The position numbers and the translations under genes were made by a program. This document shows, one piece after another, positions 48,833-58,947 of a stretch of 64,000 nucleotides of DNA (positions within the stretch are counted from its first letter, which is position 1; every line of letters starts with the position of its first letter). Origin of the DNA: Nitrosopumilus sp. Its GTDB lineage: Archaea > Thermoproteota > Nitrososphaeria > Nitrososphaerales > Nitrosopumilaceae. Where the stretch lies: positions 800,001-864,000 of the forward strand of contig OZ242041.1 in assembly GCA_965205215.1 (NCBI GenBank). Reading direction: 5' to 3'. The notes below the pieces were generated by a model, which was not told the origin of the DNA, did no database searches, and saw only the letters and a list, made by a program, of their open reading frames with translations.

Positions 48833-49213
48833 GAATTTGGGCTATTGTATAGTCAATCTAAATCTTTTGCAGTATGTCCAACCACAATCTGAAATGGTGG
48901 CAGAATCAACACGTAATAGAAGCTCAAAAAAGTTCACTTGTTTTTAACACAACCAACGTACACACAGGCAATAAGCATCACAAACAAAAATAATCTGGAT
49001 AAAGATACTGTAAGCGTCTCAATTCGCTTTCTGCTGTTATCATTCATAGAACGCGCAACTACTGTGGTTTGAAGTTCATTTAGGCCTATAGCTTCTCTGG
49101 ATCCAAATCCTCTTTGTGATGGTGCTCTAGCACGACTTTGCCGTTTAGAAGTACGCCTACAAACCTGTAACCTTCATCCATGATGAGCGTCTCTGCGGAA
49201 TCCGTCTCTGTGA

Positions 49214-49430
49214 TTAGATGGTTGCGGCATTTTGGCCGTATCTTGCCGAGATACGTGAAAGCACTTCTAGTACGAGGCCGAGCTGTTCTGGAGTCGCATT
49301 GTCGATTGTAGTCTGGACTCTCCGCTCGCTCTCTAGCATGTGGTCGGTGTTCTCTGTCTGGTCCATAACTTCCTCGAAGCGCGCATAGACGCCATGCATC
49401 TCACCAAGCAGCCACGGCGGATTTGTCTCA
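49214..49430 (-). pseudogene. Possible C-terminal remnant of an archaeal tyrosine integrase
   Basis: PPWLLGEMHGVYARFEEVMD...IDNATPEQLGLVLEVL resembles, from memory only, the tail of the integrase family that begins at 63464. Confidence 0.3.
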
Positions 49431-49436
49431 TTAACA

Positions 49437-50819
49437 TTACAAAAGAGAATCCATGACACCGTTTGTTTGAGAAATCAATTGTTCGACTCTTTCCCTGTTG
49501 GGGCGTTTTCCTTCCAGAATTTTATTTACAGCTTCAAATATGACATATGATGGAATTATACATATTTTTCTTGATTCGGCATATTCTATTTCGTTGGGTT
49601 CATATTTTTTTCTATCGCTTCTGGAAATTGGATATTCCATTTTTCTGAATTGATTCGAGATAAATATTCCCTTTGCTTTAATGGGAGATTCTGCTATGAG
49701 GTAATTTGTAACCCATTTCTCACATTGAGTAATGTCTGCCATAGTAGTTTTGCTAGATCTTCCTTTAACTTCAATAACTCCGAGGTTAAATTCGTTAATC
49801 GATGGTAGTTTAATGATCAGATCTTCTTCATTAGATTGTTTTCCACAGTGGATGTCATCAAAGCCAAGTATTTTAAAAGAATTCATAACAATTTCCTCTA
49901 ATTGCCGTCCCTGGGAAAATAACAGGCCACAGTAACTCAAAAGTTCTTTTTGTTTTCTTACCTTGATCTCAATTTCTTCTTGTATTTCTTCTTTGTTTTT
50001 TTCTAGCAATGCTATTTCTTGATCAAGTTCAGTCAATCCGGGAATTTCCAATTTTGTAATCCATTTAGGCGGTAGTTCATTGTTGTCTTTCTTGACAATC
50101 GATATAATTATATCAATAGCATCTTCATTTGGAATAGCTGTTGGAGCTGGCAATATGGTGATGTCTCCAAGAATTATGCTAGTATTAATAGAGAAAGTTC
50201 CACCTATACATCTAGCCGAATTGTCAGTAATTTCATAATTAGGATCCTTACGAATAGATAAATCAAATCGTGTTTTATCTTGTAAAGAACGAGACTGATG
50301 AATATCTGAAATAGAATAATCGAAATTTTTTACAGTTTTTAGATATTCCACATACATGTGGTTTTTTGTGTGCTTCATTTTTGTAGACTCGCCAGTATAA
50401 CGTGACTGTATATTAATGGGAAGTATTATGTTGGGAAGCATTGTATCTTTCACAATTAAACTTTCATAATGTCTATAAATTACAATAATTTTTCCACCGC
50501 TTAGAATCTTATCCTCCAAATCTGAACAAATTTTCCTAATTTTTTGATCAGTAAACTTGTTATCCATATTTTCTATGTATCTATGTTTTGGGTCCGTTAA
50601 CACAGGTGTTGTACATATTTTCTTGTCACTTAGATCTAAGATTTCGCTTGCTAGTGAAGTAATGTCAATAATAATTATATCTGCATCGGAAATGCTTGGG
50701 ATATATTCTGTCCATAGGAAAGATTTGTCCGCATTAGAAGTTTTTGCACCTAAAACCCAGATCTCACTATCGTGTGTCATTTGATTAGATATTTGAGTCA
50801 TAAATAAAAGTGATTCCAA
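49437..50819 (-). CDS. AT-rich hypothetical protein with coiled coil and C-terminal PD-(D/E)xK nuclease-like domain
   Basis: GRQLEEIV..FKILGF, EDLII, GVIEVKG, ITQCEKW. Confidence 0.7.
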   Translation of the reverse strand: MESLLFMTQISNQMTHDSEIWVLGAKTSNADKSFLWTEYIPSISDADIIIIDITSLASEILDLSDKKICTTPVLTDPKHRYIENMDNKFTDQKIRKICSDLEDKILSGGKIIVIYRHYESLIVKDTMLPNIILPINIQSRYTGESTKMKHTKNHMYVEYLKTVKNFDYSISDIHQSRSLQDKTRFDLSIRKDPNYEITDNSARCIGGTFSINTSIILGDITILPAPTAIPNEDAIDIIISIVKKDNNELPPKWITKLEIPGLTELDQEIALLEKNKEEIQEEIEIKVRKQKELLSYCGLLFSQGRQLEEIVMNSFKILGFDDIHCGKQSNEEDLIIKLPSINEFNLGVIEVKGRSSKTTMADITQCEKWVTNYLIAESPIKAKGIFISNQFRKMEYPISRSDRKKYEPNEIEYAESRKICIIPSYVIFEAVNKILEGKRPNRERVEQLISQTNGVMDSLL

Positions 50820-51279
50820 ATTCCTGACGTAGATTTCATATAAGCTTAGATCAAATTGTTAGACGTAAACAGAATCAAACCCGTACATGCACACATTGAA
50901 CTCCAATTAATCGCACCACAAAATTCAATGGTTTATCGATCAAATATGTGCTTGCCCGTCAGTTCGCGACACGCTTGCTGGCAGAACATGCTCACCCTGA
51001 AAAAGCTTCGAAATTGAAACGCGGCAGATCCCCCGTACCAGAAACATCCTTCGTTATGGACTGAAACGTTGTGTAACACTCAAAGTAGGATCTACTTTTA
51101 CTCTTGAAGCGCACAAGCTCCAGCCCCCACAACTGGATTGGAGTATCATGGTTTATTATTGCCCCGGTTCTGATGTTATTGTCTGTGTTGCGATAGTCTT
51201 CTACATTATCTTCATACCCGCCACTGAGGTTTGACGTGGTAGCAGACAGGCCGGTCTCATCAGAGACATGTCCATGAAA

Positions 51280-52620
51280 TTAGGAAGACCATATTTTCTG
51301 AAGTCCGCTCAACTCCTTTCTGTTGTAGATGGAGCGATCCAGCGCATCAAGTACATCTTTCTGGGCCTTGTACATGTCTAAAAGCGCCATCATCCGGAGT
51401 ATTGACTTTTTTGTTATCACATGCAGTCTGGAATACACGTCTCCTACTTCCATCACGGATGAGCGGATCTTGATCTGCCTCTCTTCTGATTTATGTACTA
51501 TTCCGCTCCGGAAGTTGTAGGCTCGCCTGATGAACTCCCACGTGTCCACTCTGTCACTGTCGGTGTCGGCGCATATCGCGGCCGTCCTATGGGCCAGCTT
51601 CAGCGTGGACTCGCCAGGGGAGTCCGTGAGTAGGGCCTCCAAGGCTATCACGTAGTCCACTATCTTGCCTGCGTGTGTCCTGTGCATGTGGGCCATACCG
51701 AACCGGTTTATCACATTGTGTAGGAATTCAGACTTTTTTTGGCCCCCGACCTTCTTTGCAATCATGCCATAGAGCGATTCGAATTTCTGGACGTCCGTTT
51801 CGGACATCCGTATCTTCTTGAACGCAACCGGATTCTCATAGTGGGATCTCAGAGCCTCGATCGATCCAACGTCCATGTATTCGGACTCGCTCTCGTACAC
51901 CCGCCCGAACTGTGGATCCCCGTCCTTGAACAGCCGTAACACGTTCAAGGCCAGGATATACCGTGATGTGGCCTCCTGTTGTAGTTGTTTGTTGGGTGGG
52001 CCGGGCTTCCTGCAGACCAGTACGAACCTCAAACCCCTCTGGTACATGGGTATGTCTTCCATTGTCAAGTCTAACCTCACGATCTTGGAATACTCGACGT
52101 CTGTTACCCTGCGAATGCGCAGTTCCGGGGACAGCCTGATCTCAGAAAAGTCCCCACTTACGCTGTAAAGCGGCGTAACATACGTGGTGTGCGTCAGGTT
52201 GCTGCCCAGATGTCCGTAAAACTTTGACAGCGTGGCGCGGAACGCATCATGTGTCTTGTGTCCGCCACACACCGCCAATTGGGCCACGAACATGGCAATC
52301 TGTCTTGTCGCAAAGTCGTCGTCGCTGTCGTAGTGTGGTTCGTTGCCGCGCAGTGTTCGCGAGTCGTTCTTTAGGATGTTTTTGGCTATTTTGAAAGGTG
52401 GCGCGTCCGTCCATCTTATGTCGTGTTCTATGTCGTATCTCATCTTCCGGTAGTCCAACGCGTCCGGCCGCCGGACGATGTCCGTAAGCTGTTCCTTTTT
52501 GAATACGGGCACGTGCTCTAGTACTCTGTACTTGTCGTCATTCCGCATCTCTTCTATGAGATCCGAGCAGAACTGGGACAGTTTTTTCAGGTGCTGGGTC
52601 AGGTACCGGTTCACGCGCAT
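51280..52620 (-). CDS. ApeA-like HEPN domain protein (predicted RNase)
   Basis: VIALEALL...LKLAHRTA...AYNFRSGIVH (Rx4H). Confidence 0.82.
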   Translation of the reverse strand: MRVNRYLTQHLKKLSQFCSDLIEEMRNDDKYRVLEHVPVFKKEQLTDIVRRPDALDYRKMRYDIEHDIRWTDAPPFKIAKNILKNDSRTLRGNEPHYDSDDDFATRQIAMFVAQLAVCGGHKTHDAFRATLSKFYGHLGSNLTHTTYVTPLYSVSGDFSEIRLSPELRIRRVTDVEYSKIVRLDLTMEDIPMYQRGLRFVLVCRKPGPPNKQLQQEATSRYILALNVLRLFKDGDPQFGRVYESESEYMDVGSIEALRSHYENPVAFKKIRMSETDVQKFESLYGMIAKKVGGQKKSEFLHNVINRFGMAHMHRTHAGKIVDYVIALEALLTDSPGESTLKLAHRTAAICADTDSDRVDTWEFIRRAYNFRSGIVHKSEERQIKIRSSVMEVGDVYSRLHVITKKSILRMMALLDMYKAQKDVLDALDRSIYNRKELSGLQKIWSS

Positions 52621-52627
52621 TGTCCCA

Positions 52628-53659
52628 TCAGTCCGGCATGTGTTTTGCCTTTATTCCGAGATCGGACGTGATCCTGTCCGCAAGCGTCTGTCCGTTGGGG
52701 GTGCGTTTGTTGTCAGTTATCACGGCCCTAGGCCCCGCCGATTCTACATACTTGAGCACATCGGTAAACTCGGCGTGCTCGTCGGACGCCATCCAGATGT
52801 CTCTGCCTTCCTGCCGCATGACTGCATTCCCATAACTGCCACTTACCGTGATCCGCGCCACCGTGCCCTTCCTCTCACGCGGCGTCTCACTCATCGACAC
52901 GTTGAACTCTATCCACGGATAGTCCTTGGACATTATCTCCTCTCCATCGTATTCACGTATGTTCACCAAGTCTCTCATCTCATATCCGTGCCTTTTGTAG
53001 ATGTCCGCCACACGTATGTCCGTTCCACCCGTCAAAAAACTCACATTAGGTGGAATCTCGTCGTGCTTTGAAAGTACGTGCATGATGTGTTGTAGTTTGC
53101 CCCGATGCGCATGTATGCAGACCGGCATCTGTGATGTGATGTTTTCCACCACGGCATCAATTAGGCGGCGCTCCATGCTGCCGCTGTCTATGTTTTTGTC
53201 CAAGCTGGGATTTCCATGTGTGGAGTCTATCACGAGGACGTCGCACTCGGGTGGCTTGTCACGAGGGGATATGTCACCGGAATACAGTATATTCAGGCCG
53301 TCATGCGTCGTTAGCAACACCTGGCTTGCTCCGAGCATGTGATCGGACTCCAGAAGCTTGAGATAGTCCATGTGCCCGTTTATCCGTATGCCCTGCGATT
53401 CATTGTAGTCTATCCTGTGGAACTGTGTTCTACGGTTGTACGTGTCCTCCGTAATCGCCTCCAGAAGGTCACCGGTGATCTTTGAGGTGAACACCTGATA
53501 GTGGTGCATACATGTCTCAAAACTGTTCCCGATATGATCGCTGTGTACATGCGTGAAAGCCGCCGCATAAAACCCCGGCATAAATCCATCGCAAACCACC
53601 GAGCGTCCTAGGCGGATCGCTCCGTCCTCCGTGATGGCCGCCTGTTCGAAGAGATTCAC
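52628..53659 (-). CDS. Metallo-beta-lactamase-fold (beta-CASP-type) nuclease
   Basis: THVHSDH, DHMLGA, YSGD, IDSTHG, SDEHAEF. Confidence 0.85.
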   Translation of the reverse strand: MNLFEQAAITEDGAIRLGRSVVCDGFMPGFYAAAFTHVHSDHIGNSFETCMHHYQVFTSKITGDLLEAITEDTYNRRTQFHRIDYNESQGIRINGHMDYLKLLESDHMLGASQVLLTTHDGLNILYSGDISPRDKPPECDVLVIDSTHGNPSLDKNIDSGSMERRLIDAVVENITSQMPVCIHAHRGKLQHIMHVLSKHDEIPPNVSFLTGGTDIRVADIYKRHGYEMRDLVNIREYDGEEIMSKDYPWIEFNVSMSETPRERKGTVARITVSGSYGNAVMRQEGRDIWMASDEHAEFTDVLKYVESAGPRAVITDNKRTPNGQTLADRITSDLGIKAKHMPD

Positions 53660-53660
53660 G

Positions 53661-54416
53661 TTAGTCGTCTTTCATCATCTCCGAACCAATCATGTGGCCG
53701 AGTGTCCTCTGCATCGGTATGTCGTGGGATTTCGAATATTCTGATATAAAATTGGAGCCGTGTTTTGCAAGAGCCAGTCTTATGCTGTCCGAAAACACCT
53801 TGGCACTCTTGAACGAGCCTTCAGGAAACACGCAGCTCAGTATTTTTGACGCGAATTCGTGAATGTCCACACCGGACTTGTGTGCCTTCTGTTTCATGGC
53901 CTGTATGATGTCCGGGTCTAGCCCGCTTAGGAATATGTAGTGGGTTATAACGACCGGGCGTGTGACGTTGAGCACCTCTGTCAGGCACTCGTTGATGGGT
54001 TTGTCCGGATTGCCCCTCTTCAGGCTCAATATGCCCTTGATCTCTTCCTTGGTGACGGGGCGGGACAGGTCCTCCACTGTTCCGGCCATCATTCGCATGT
54101 CATCTTGACTGTCCAATGAGGCTATTCTGGACGCGACGCTGAATACGATGCCTCCGGTCTCGCGCTTTGATCCGCCCCACACCACCATGCCTTGTATCTC
54201 TGGCGGCAGCCGTAACAGGCTCTTGAATTCATTTATTACATCCTGTTTGATTGGAAGGCGCCTGAGCAGTTCGTTCTGGTCTCCTGCCAGATCATCCAGC
54301 ATTATCTTTATTTCTCTTGCCACATCCACTGGACTGAGCGGCCTGTTGGCACCCTGTACCTTGATGCTGGTGAGTAGTTTGGCCAGCCTGAACGGGTTGT
54401 CAAGTATGTACATCAC
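53661..54416 (-). CDS. ParB-like HTH/central-domain protein lacking the N-terminal NTP-binding domain
   Basis: RPLSPVDVAREIK...LLRLPPEIQGMV pattern parallels the adjacent ParB (ARLPQEIREDV). Confidence 0.55.
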   Translation of the reverse strand: MMYILDNPFRLAKLLTSIKVQGANRPLSPVDVAREIKIMLDDLAGDQNELLRRLPIKQDVINEFKSLLRLPPEIQGMVVWGGSKRETGGIVFSVASRIASLDSQDDMRMMAGTVEDLSRPVTKEEIKGILSLKRGNPDKPINECLTEVLNVTRPVVITHYIFLSGLDPDIIQAMKQKAHKSGVDIHEFASKILSCVFPEGSFKSAKVFSDSIRLALAKHGSNFISEYSKSHDIPMQRTLGHMIGSEMMKDD

Positions 54417-55237
54417 ACATCTGCCGTGTCCAACCCGATGTCTACCAGTTCTACTACAGCTTCCTCGTCCTTTTCTATGTCCTGCCGTTTCTTGTATCGG
54501 TCGATCCGTTCACCTTGGTCATCCGTGAAATGGAGTTGCATGATGTTGACGCTGGTTCTCTGCCTGGCTTTTTCTGCGGCTTGTTGTGGGGTCGAGTCCG
54601 GCTCCCTCTCCTTTATCTCCACGAACTTATCCCGGCCCTGCGGGGAGAGTTTCTTCATCTCCAATGCGGTTTCACGCAGCATGCCGGTGTCGACGGCCGT
54701 CTCGTCGTCGCCCAGTGCCTTGAGGGCCTTGAGCGCGTGCCCCAAGCGGTAGTTTTTGTTGCGCACGTCCTCTCGTATTTCCTGTGGTAACCTTGCCGCA
54801 TTGACGTATTTTCTTATCGTATTGGGGTGGAGTCCGAGTTCCTCTGCCACGTCACTGGTTGAATTGTACTTATCCATGAAATACTCTACTGCATCCACCA
54901 GATCTGCATTCTTCATGTCCTTTCTGGCCACGTTCTCAATAATTGAGAGCATTTTGGCGTTGGATTCGTTCATATCCTGTCCCACCACGTACGCCTTGAT
55001 TGTTGGGAGTTTCAGATGCACATGAGCCCTGTACCTCCTCTGTCCGATCAGCAATTCGTATTGGTCATTATCAGGCACTTGCTTGACCACCACCGGACTG
55101 ATCAGTCCGTGTTTTCGTATACTGAGAACCAAGTCGTCATCCGGCTCCACCTTGGTATCTCGTTGCCTAGCCTGACTGGTACTCATTACGATCTTGTCGA
55201 GCGGAATGTCTTGGGATGTGGACGGTATTGTTGCCAT
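54413..55237 (-). CDS. ParB/RepB/Spo0J family protein
   Basis: SIRKHGLISPVVV, LIGQRRYRA, ENVARKDM, HTH VAEELGLHPNTIRKY; TTTTAAAC box 29 nt before ATG 55237 (ORF open from 55276). Confidence 0.9.
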   Translation of the reverse strand: MATIPSTSQDIPLDKIVMSTSQARQRDTKVEPDDDLVLSIRKHGLISPVVVKQVPDNDQYELLIGQRRYRAHVHLKLPTIKAYVVGQDMNESNAKMLSIIENVARKDMKNADLVDAVEYFMDKYNSTSDVAEELGLHPNTIRKYVNAARLPQEIREDVRNKNYRLGHALKALKALGDDETAVDTGMLRETALEMKKLSPQGRDKFVEIKEREPDSTPQQAAEKARQRTSVNIMQLHFTDDQGERIDRYKKRQDIEKDEEAVVELVDIGLDTADV

Positions 55238-55363
55238 CAATCCTGTGTTTGAATCCATGTTTAAAACTCTGTCCATCTCTTCGCTGGGTGTAGGGTCATG
55301 CAGGCGGCAGAAATCCCAGACATGAAGTCACGTCCGTCTCACTGGATGACGGGTGCCAGTCTG

Positions 55364-56542
55364 TCATGCAGTCGAGCCTATTCTGCCCAGATCGCTTACT
55401 GCTTCCGAGATCGCATCTATGAGATACGCGACCTCCTCGTGGGTGTTGAACCTCCCAAGTCCGATTCGTATGGACGAGTGTGCCTCCTCCACACCCATGC
55501 CCAGTGCCAGTAGCACGTGAGATGGCTCGACTGTCTGGGTGGTGCACGCGGATCCCGCGGATATTGCGACGTGTTCGGATATAGAATTGATGATAGCCTT
55601 GCCGTCTATTCCCGGAAACGTGAGGCTTATGTTGTGCGGAAGTCTCTTGTCCGTGTCGCCGTTGTGCATCGCCCCTGATGTCCTTGAGAGTGTGTCGATT
55701 ATTTCAGTCGACCATTCGCGAAACCGTTTGTTTTCCTTTGGCATCTCTTTTTGCGCTATCTCGGCCGCCTTTCCAAACCCAACTATGGCAGGCACGTTCA
55801 GGGTTCCGGGACGCATGCTGCGTTCCTGACCGCCCCCATGCATTGAAGGCAGAACTCGCACCCTCGGCTTTATGGCCCTAATGTAGAGCGCCCCGACTCC
55901 CTTTGGTCCGCACATCTTGTGCGATGAGAACGACATCAGGTCGACGTTCATGTCTTGGACGTTGACCGGTATGTGTCCCACTGCCTGGGCCGCGTCCGTA
56001 TGGAACAGTACGTTGTGCTCGTGAGCCATCTTTCCAATCGATCTGACATCTGCGATAGTTCCGATCTCATTGTTTGCCGTCATTATGGATATCAGCACGG
56101 TCTTGTTGGTAATGGCATCTTTGATGTCCGATGTAGAGACATGTCCATACCGGTCGACTGGTAGGTACGTAACCTGCTTCCCCATGGATTCAAGATGCTT
56201 GGTAGTGTCAAGAACCGCCTTGTGCTCTGTCGCGCACGTAATCATATGATCCCCCTTGTCCGCATACGCTTCCATGACACCCATCAATGCCAGATTGTCG
56301 GATTCCGTGGCGCCACTTGTAAATACGATCTCGTGACTCCACTTGGCGTCTATCAGTCTAGCAAGTCGCTCCCTTGCTGTCTCCACCGCCACAGACGCGT
56401 CATGCCCGTACGGGTGGTCCAAGCTAGATGCATTACCGAACTTTTCTGCAAAGTATGGCATCATCTCATCAAGTACGCGCCGATCAAGCGGCGTCGTGGC
56501 ATGATAATCCATGTATATTGGACGGGCGGTGTCAGCCAGCAA
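55364..56542 (-). CDS. dndA: Cysteine desulfurase DndA (IscS family)
   Basis: YMDYHATTP, FTSGATES, HTDAAQ, SSHK, SAGSACT; overlaps the dndE stop. Confidence 0.9.
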   Translation of the reverse strand: MLADTARPIYMDYHATTPLDRRVLDEMMPYFAEKFGNASSLDHPYGHDASVAVETARERLARLIDAKWSHEIVFTSGATESDNLALMGVMEAYADKGDHMITCATEHKAVLDTTKHLESMGKQVTYLPVDRYGHVSTSDIKDAITNKTVLISIMTANNEIGTIADVRSIGKMAHEHNVLFHTDAAQAVGHIPVNVQDMNVDLMSFSSHKMCGPKGVGALYIRAIKPRVRVLPSMHGGGQERSMRPGTLNVPAIVGFGKAAEIAQKEMPKENKRFREWSTEIIDTLSRTSGAMHNGDTDKRLPHNISLTFPGIDGKAIINSISEHVAISAGSACTTQTVEPSHVLLALGMGVEEAHSSIRIGLGRFNTHEEVAYLIDAISEAVSDLGRIGSTA

Positions 56543-56915
56543 CCTTCCGCTCCTCGTCTATTACCTTCTCAACGTCTGACAGGTCGTGTATACGGGCAAA
56601 CAGCGCTATCGCGCCCCTGTTAAAGTGGGCTCGCGTCATACTGTTAAGGTACGTCTTGGGGTCTAGTCCGTCGCGGTTAAGCCTCTGTATCATCAGGGCC
56701 ATGAACACATCCTCGTATTCGCCAAACAGCACGGAGGGGTGCATCTCCGATCCTTTTTCGTCGAACTCGTCGGGATTTGGAACAGACAGGTTGTTCAGGG
56801 ACATGCATATGGCAAACCTGCCGGTGATGTTGGGGGTCAGGCCCGTCCGTGACTTTAGCTGCGCAAGCAGGTTCTGCGAGCGGTAGCTCATGTACAACCT
56901 GCTAAACCGCAGCAA
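56532..56915 (-). CDS. dndE: DNA sulfur modification protein DndE
   Basis: LKSRTGLTPNITGRFAICMSL, LFGEY, AHFNRG; lies between dndD and the desulfurase; start TTG 56915 or ATG 56891. Confidence 0.9.
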   Translation of the reverse strand: MLRFSRLYMSYRSQNLLAQLKSRTGLTPNITGRFAICMSLNNLSVPNPDEFDEKGSEMHPSVLFGEYEDVFMALMIQRLNRDGLDPKTYLNSMTRAHFNRGAIALFARIHDLSDVEKVIDEERKVAG

Positions 56916-58947
56916 TCTTGTTATCCTCCCTCGCATCAAGATCCCAAAAGTATCCGTTGCACGGCGACGTGGAGCCGGTGTCCTCGTTAAACACAAGCAG
57001 GTATGACTTTGTCATGTGGACTGACATTGCATCGTACTCGGACTCCTCGATCTCCGTGTCTGTGGAAAACACCAGAGTCTGGTGTGAGGCAACAGGCAGG
57101 AACCTTCGGACAATGCTCGTCCTATGCGCGTCGTCCAGCCTCGCAAGCGGTGTATCGATCATGAATGGTAGCGGCCTGCCAGATGTCTTTGCAAGTGCCC
57201 ACAAAACGGACATTGCAAACATCTGCTTTTCGCCTTCGGAGAGCATGTCCTTTGGCTTTGTCTTGCCGTCCCTGTCGTATATGGTGATCTCAAATGACTT
57301 TGGGTCGATTCTTATCCCGTGGATCAATCTTTTTTTGTGCAACAGGATTCCAGTCGCGTCAAGCAGGTACTGTTCAAGAAGTCGTATTTTTTTGACCCTC
57401 AGCCTGTCTATGAACTCCTCTAACACCTTTTGCACCTCGTGCGTGAGGTGTATCTGCTCCTTTGTCTTCTTGCCCTTGTATGTCCTTGATACTAGGTCGC
57501 GCATCTTAGTGTCGACATGCTGCAGCAGGGCCCTGTTGCTAGATATCTTCTCCCCTATGTGGTTCATCTCCTCCTGCAGCGCCCCCCGCTGCGAGTTTAA
57601 TTCCGCCACTTTCGAGACAAGCGGCCCGATCTCGTCGTCTGCAGGTGCACTCACGATGGCCGATTCCAACGTACTGATCTCCCTGTCGTATTTGACAAGC
57701 GAGGCTGTTTCCTTTCTGAGCGCGGGGAGCAGCGTATTGTTGGCCCTGCTGATAACACCTTTGATGGACGCAGCCTGGGATTCTGAGAATCCGAACACCG
57801 GAGTCCCTTCTGTCTTCTGGATCTTCTCCTTTTTGATGAACCTAGTTATGGAGGATGTTATGATGCGTTTTTGACTGGCGCTTAGTGCGGCGTTTTTGTA
57901 TGTGTCTTTGAGCATCTTCGACATGGCCCTGATCTTTTCATCAAGCATCGTGGCGCCCGCCCTGTCCTGAAATATTGCAGAATCCGAATCTAACTGCTTC
58001 AACAGTTCATCAAGCTGCCTTGGCATCAGTGCAAGCGGCAGCGCGTCGGAACACATATCGGATATCCGTTTGCGCGCCACCTCGTATCCAGATCGTGAGT
58101 CTCCGAGCCGCGTCTTTGCATCGTCCCTGCCGCTTGCAAAGGCCCCGCCTATCTTTGATATGTCATATTCTGCGCTCTCTATCTCGTTTGACAGGGCGTC
58201 CATCTCGGTCTGCTTTTGTGCGAGTCGTTCGCGCAAGCGCTCCATAGTCTGGGCAGTTCCGTCTCGCTCCATCTCACATTCCGCAATTTCTTTTTGTAGT
58301 TGCTTGTCGTCACCTGCCAGATTTCTTGTCAGATTAACCTGCAGATCCGCATGCAGCTGCTCCACAATCTCGATTCCCAAGAGCGACTTGAAGGAGTTAC
58401 GGATGACCGCGTCCTCTGATCCCTCCTTTGCCATCCTTACCACCTTTTCGCCGTCAAAGAAAAACAACCTGAGTATGCCTTTTGGAATCAGATCCGATAC
58501 GAATGATTGCCAGTAGGACGCCTCCACGGCGTCAAGACGCTCAAAGTGAGCGCGCGGATCCGTGCGTTTTTTGACATCCAGATGTTCTTCTGCGCGACCG
58601 TACGATGATTTCTGCCACGAACGTTCCACTCGGTATTCGACCTCTTTTGAGTTGTGATAGAACTTGAACTGGACGGCCACCGAGGCGCTGTCTGCCATGA
58701 CGGAGCTCTTCTGATACCTGTGGATCTTTTTTGCCAAGAACTCCTCGTACGCCTTTTTTGTGATGCGCCTGTCAGCCGCCGACATCCCGTACAGGCACAG
58801 TGGAACGGCCTCAAAGAGCGTGGTTTTACCCGCGCCATTAGCACCGCCGATAAGTATGATGGGTTTGTCCGGTGCGGGGACAAGGTCAAACTCGTTTTTC
58901 CCTCCGTACACCCCGTAGTCTGTCAGTACGACCTTTGTGATTATCAC
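56902..58947 (-). CDS. dndD: DNA sulfur modification protein DndD (SMC-like ATPase)
   Basis: GANGAGKTT, LFFFDGEK, long coiled coil, LSEGEKQ, FMIDTPLARLD..HR, STDTEI. Confidence 0.95.
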   Translation of the reverse strand: MIITKVVLTDYGVYGGKNEFDLVPAPDKPIILIGGANGAGKTTLFEAVPLCLYGMSAADRRITKKAYEEFLAKKIHRYQKSSVMADSASVAVQFKFYHNSKEVEYRVERSWQKSSYGRAEEHLDVKKRTDPRAHFERLDAVEASYWQSFVSDLIPKGILRLFFFDGEKVVRMAKEGSEDAVIRNSFKSLLGIEIVEQLHADLQVNLTRNLAGDDKQLQKEIAECEMERDGTAQTMERLRERLAQKQTEMDALSNEIESAEYDISKIGGAFASGRDDAKTRLGDSRSGYEVARKRISDMCSDALPLALMPRQLDELLKQLDSDSAIFQDRAGATMLDEKIRAMSKMLKDTYKNAALSASQKRIITSSITRFIKKEKIQKTEGTPVFGFSESQAASIKGVISRANNTLLPALRKETASLVKYDREISTLESAIVSAPADDEIGPLVSKVAELNSQRGALQEEMNHIGEKISSNRALLQHVDTKMRDLVSRTYKGKKTKEQIHLTHEVQKVLEEFIDRLRVKKIRLLEQYLLDATGILLHKKRLIHGIRIDPKSFEITIYDRDGKTKPKDMLSEGEKQMFAMSVLWALAKTSGRPLPFMIDTPLARLDDAHRTSIVRRFLPVASHQTLVFSTDTEIEESEYDAMSVHMTKSYLLVFNEDTGSTSPCNGYFWDLDAREDNKIAAV

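Noticed and set aside
56902-58947. SMC-like ATPase as Rad50, Wadjet JetC or PbeC
   Set aside because: Its position between dndC and dndE and the DTPLARLD..HR / STDTEI motifs fit DndD.
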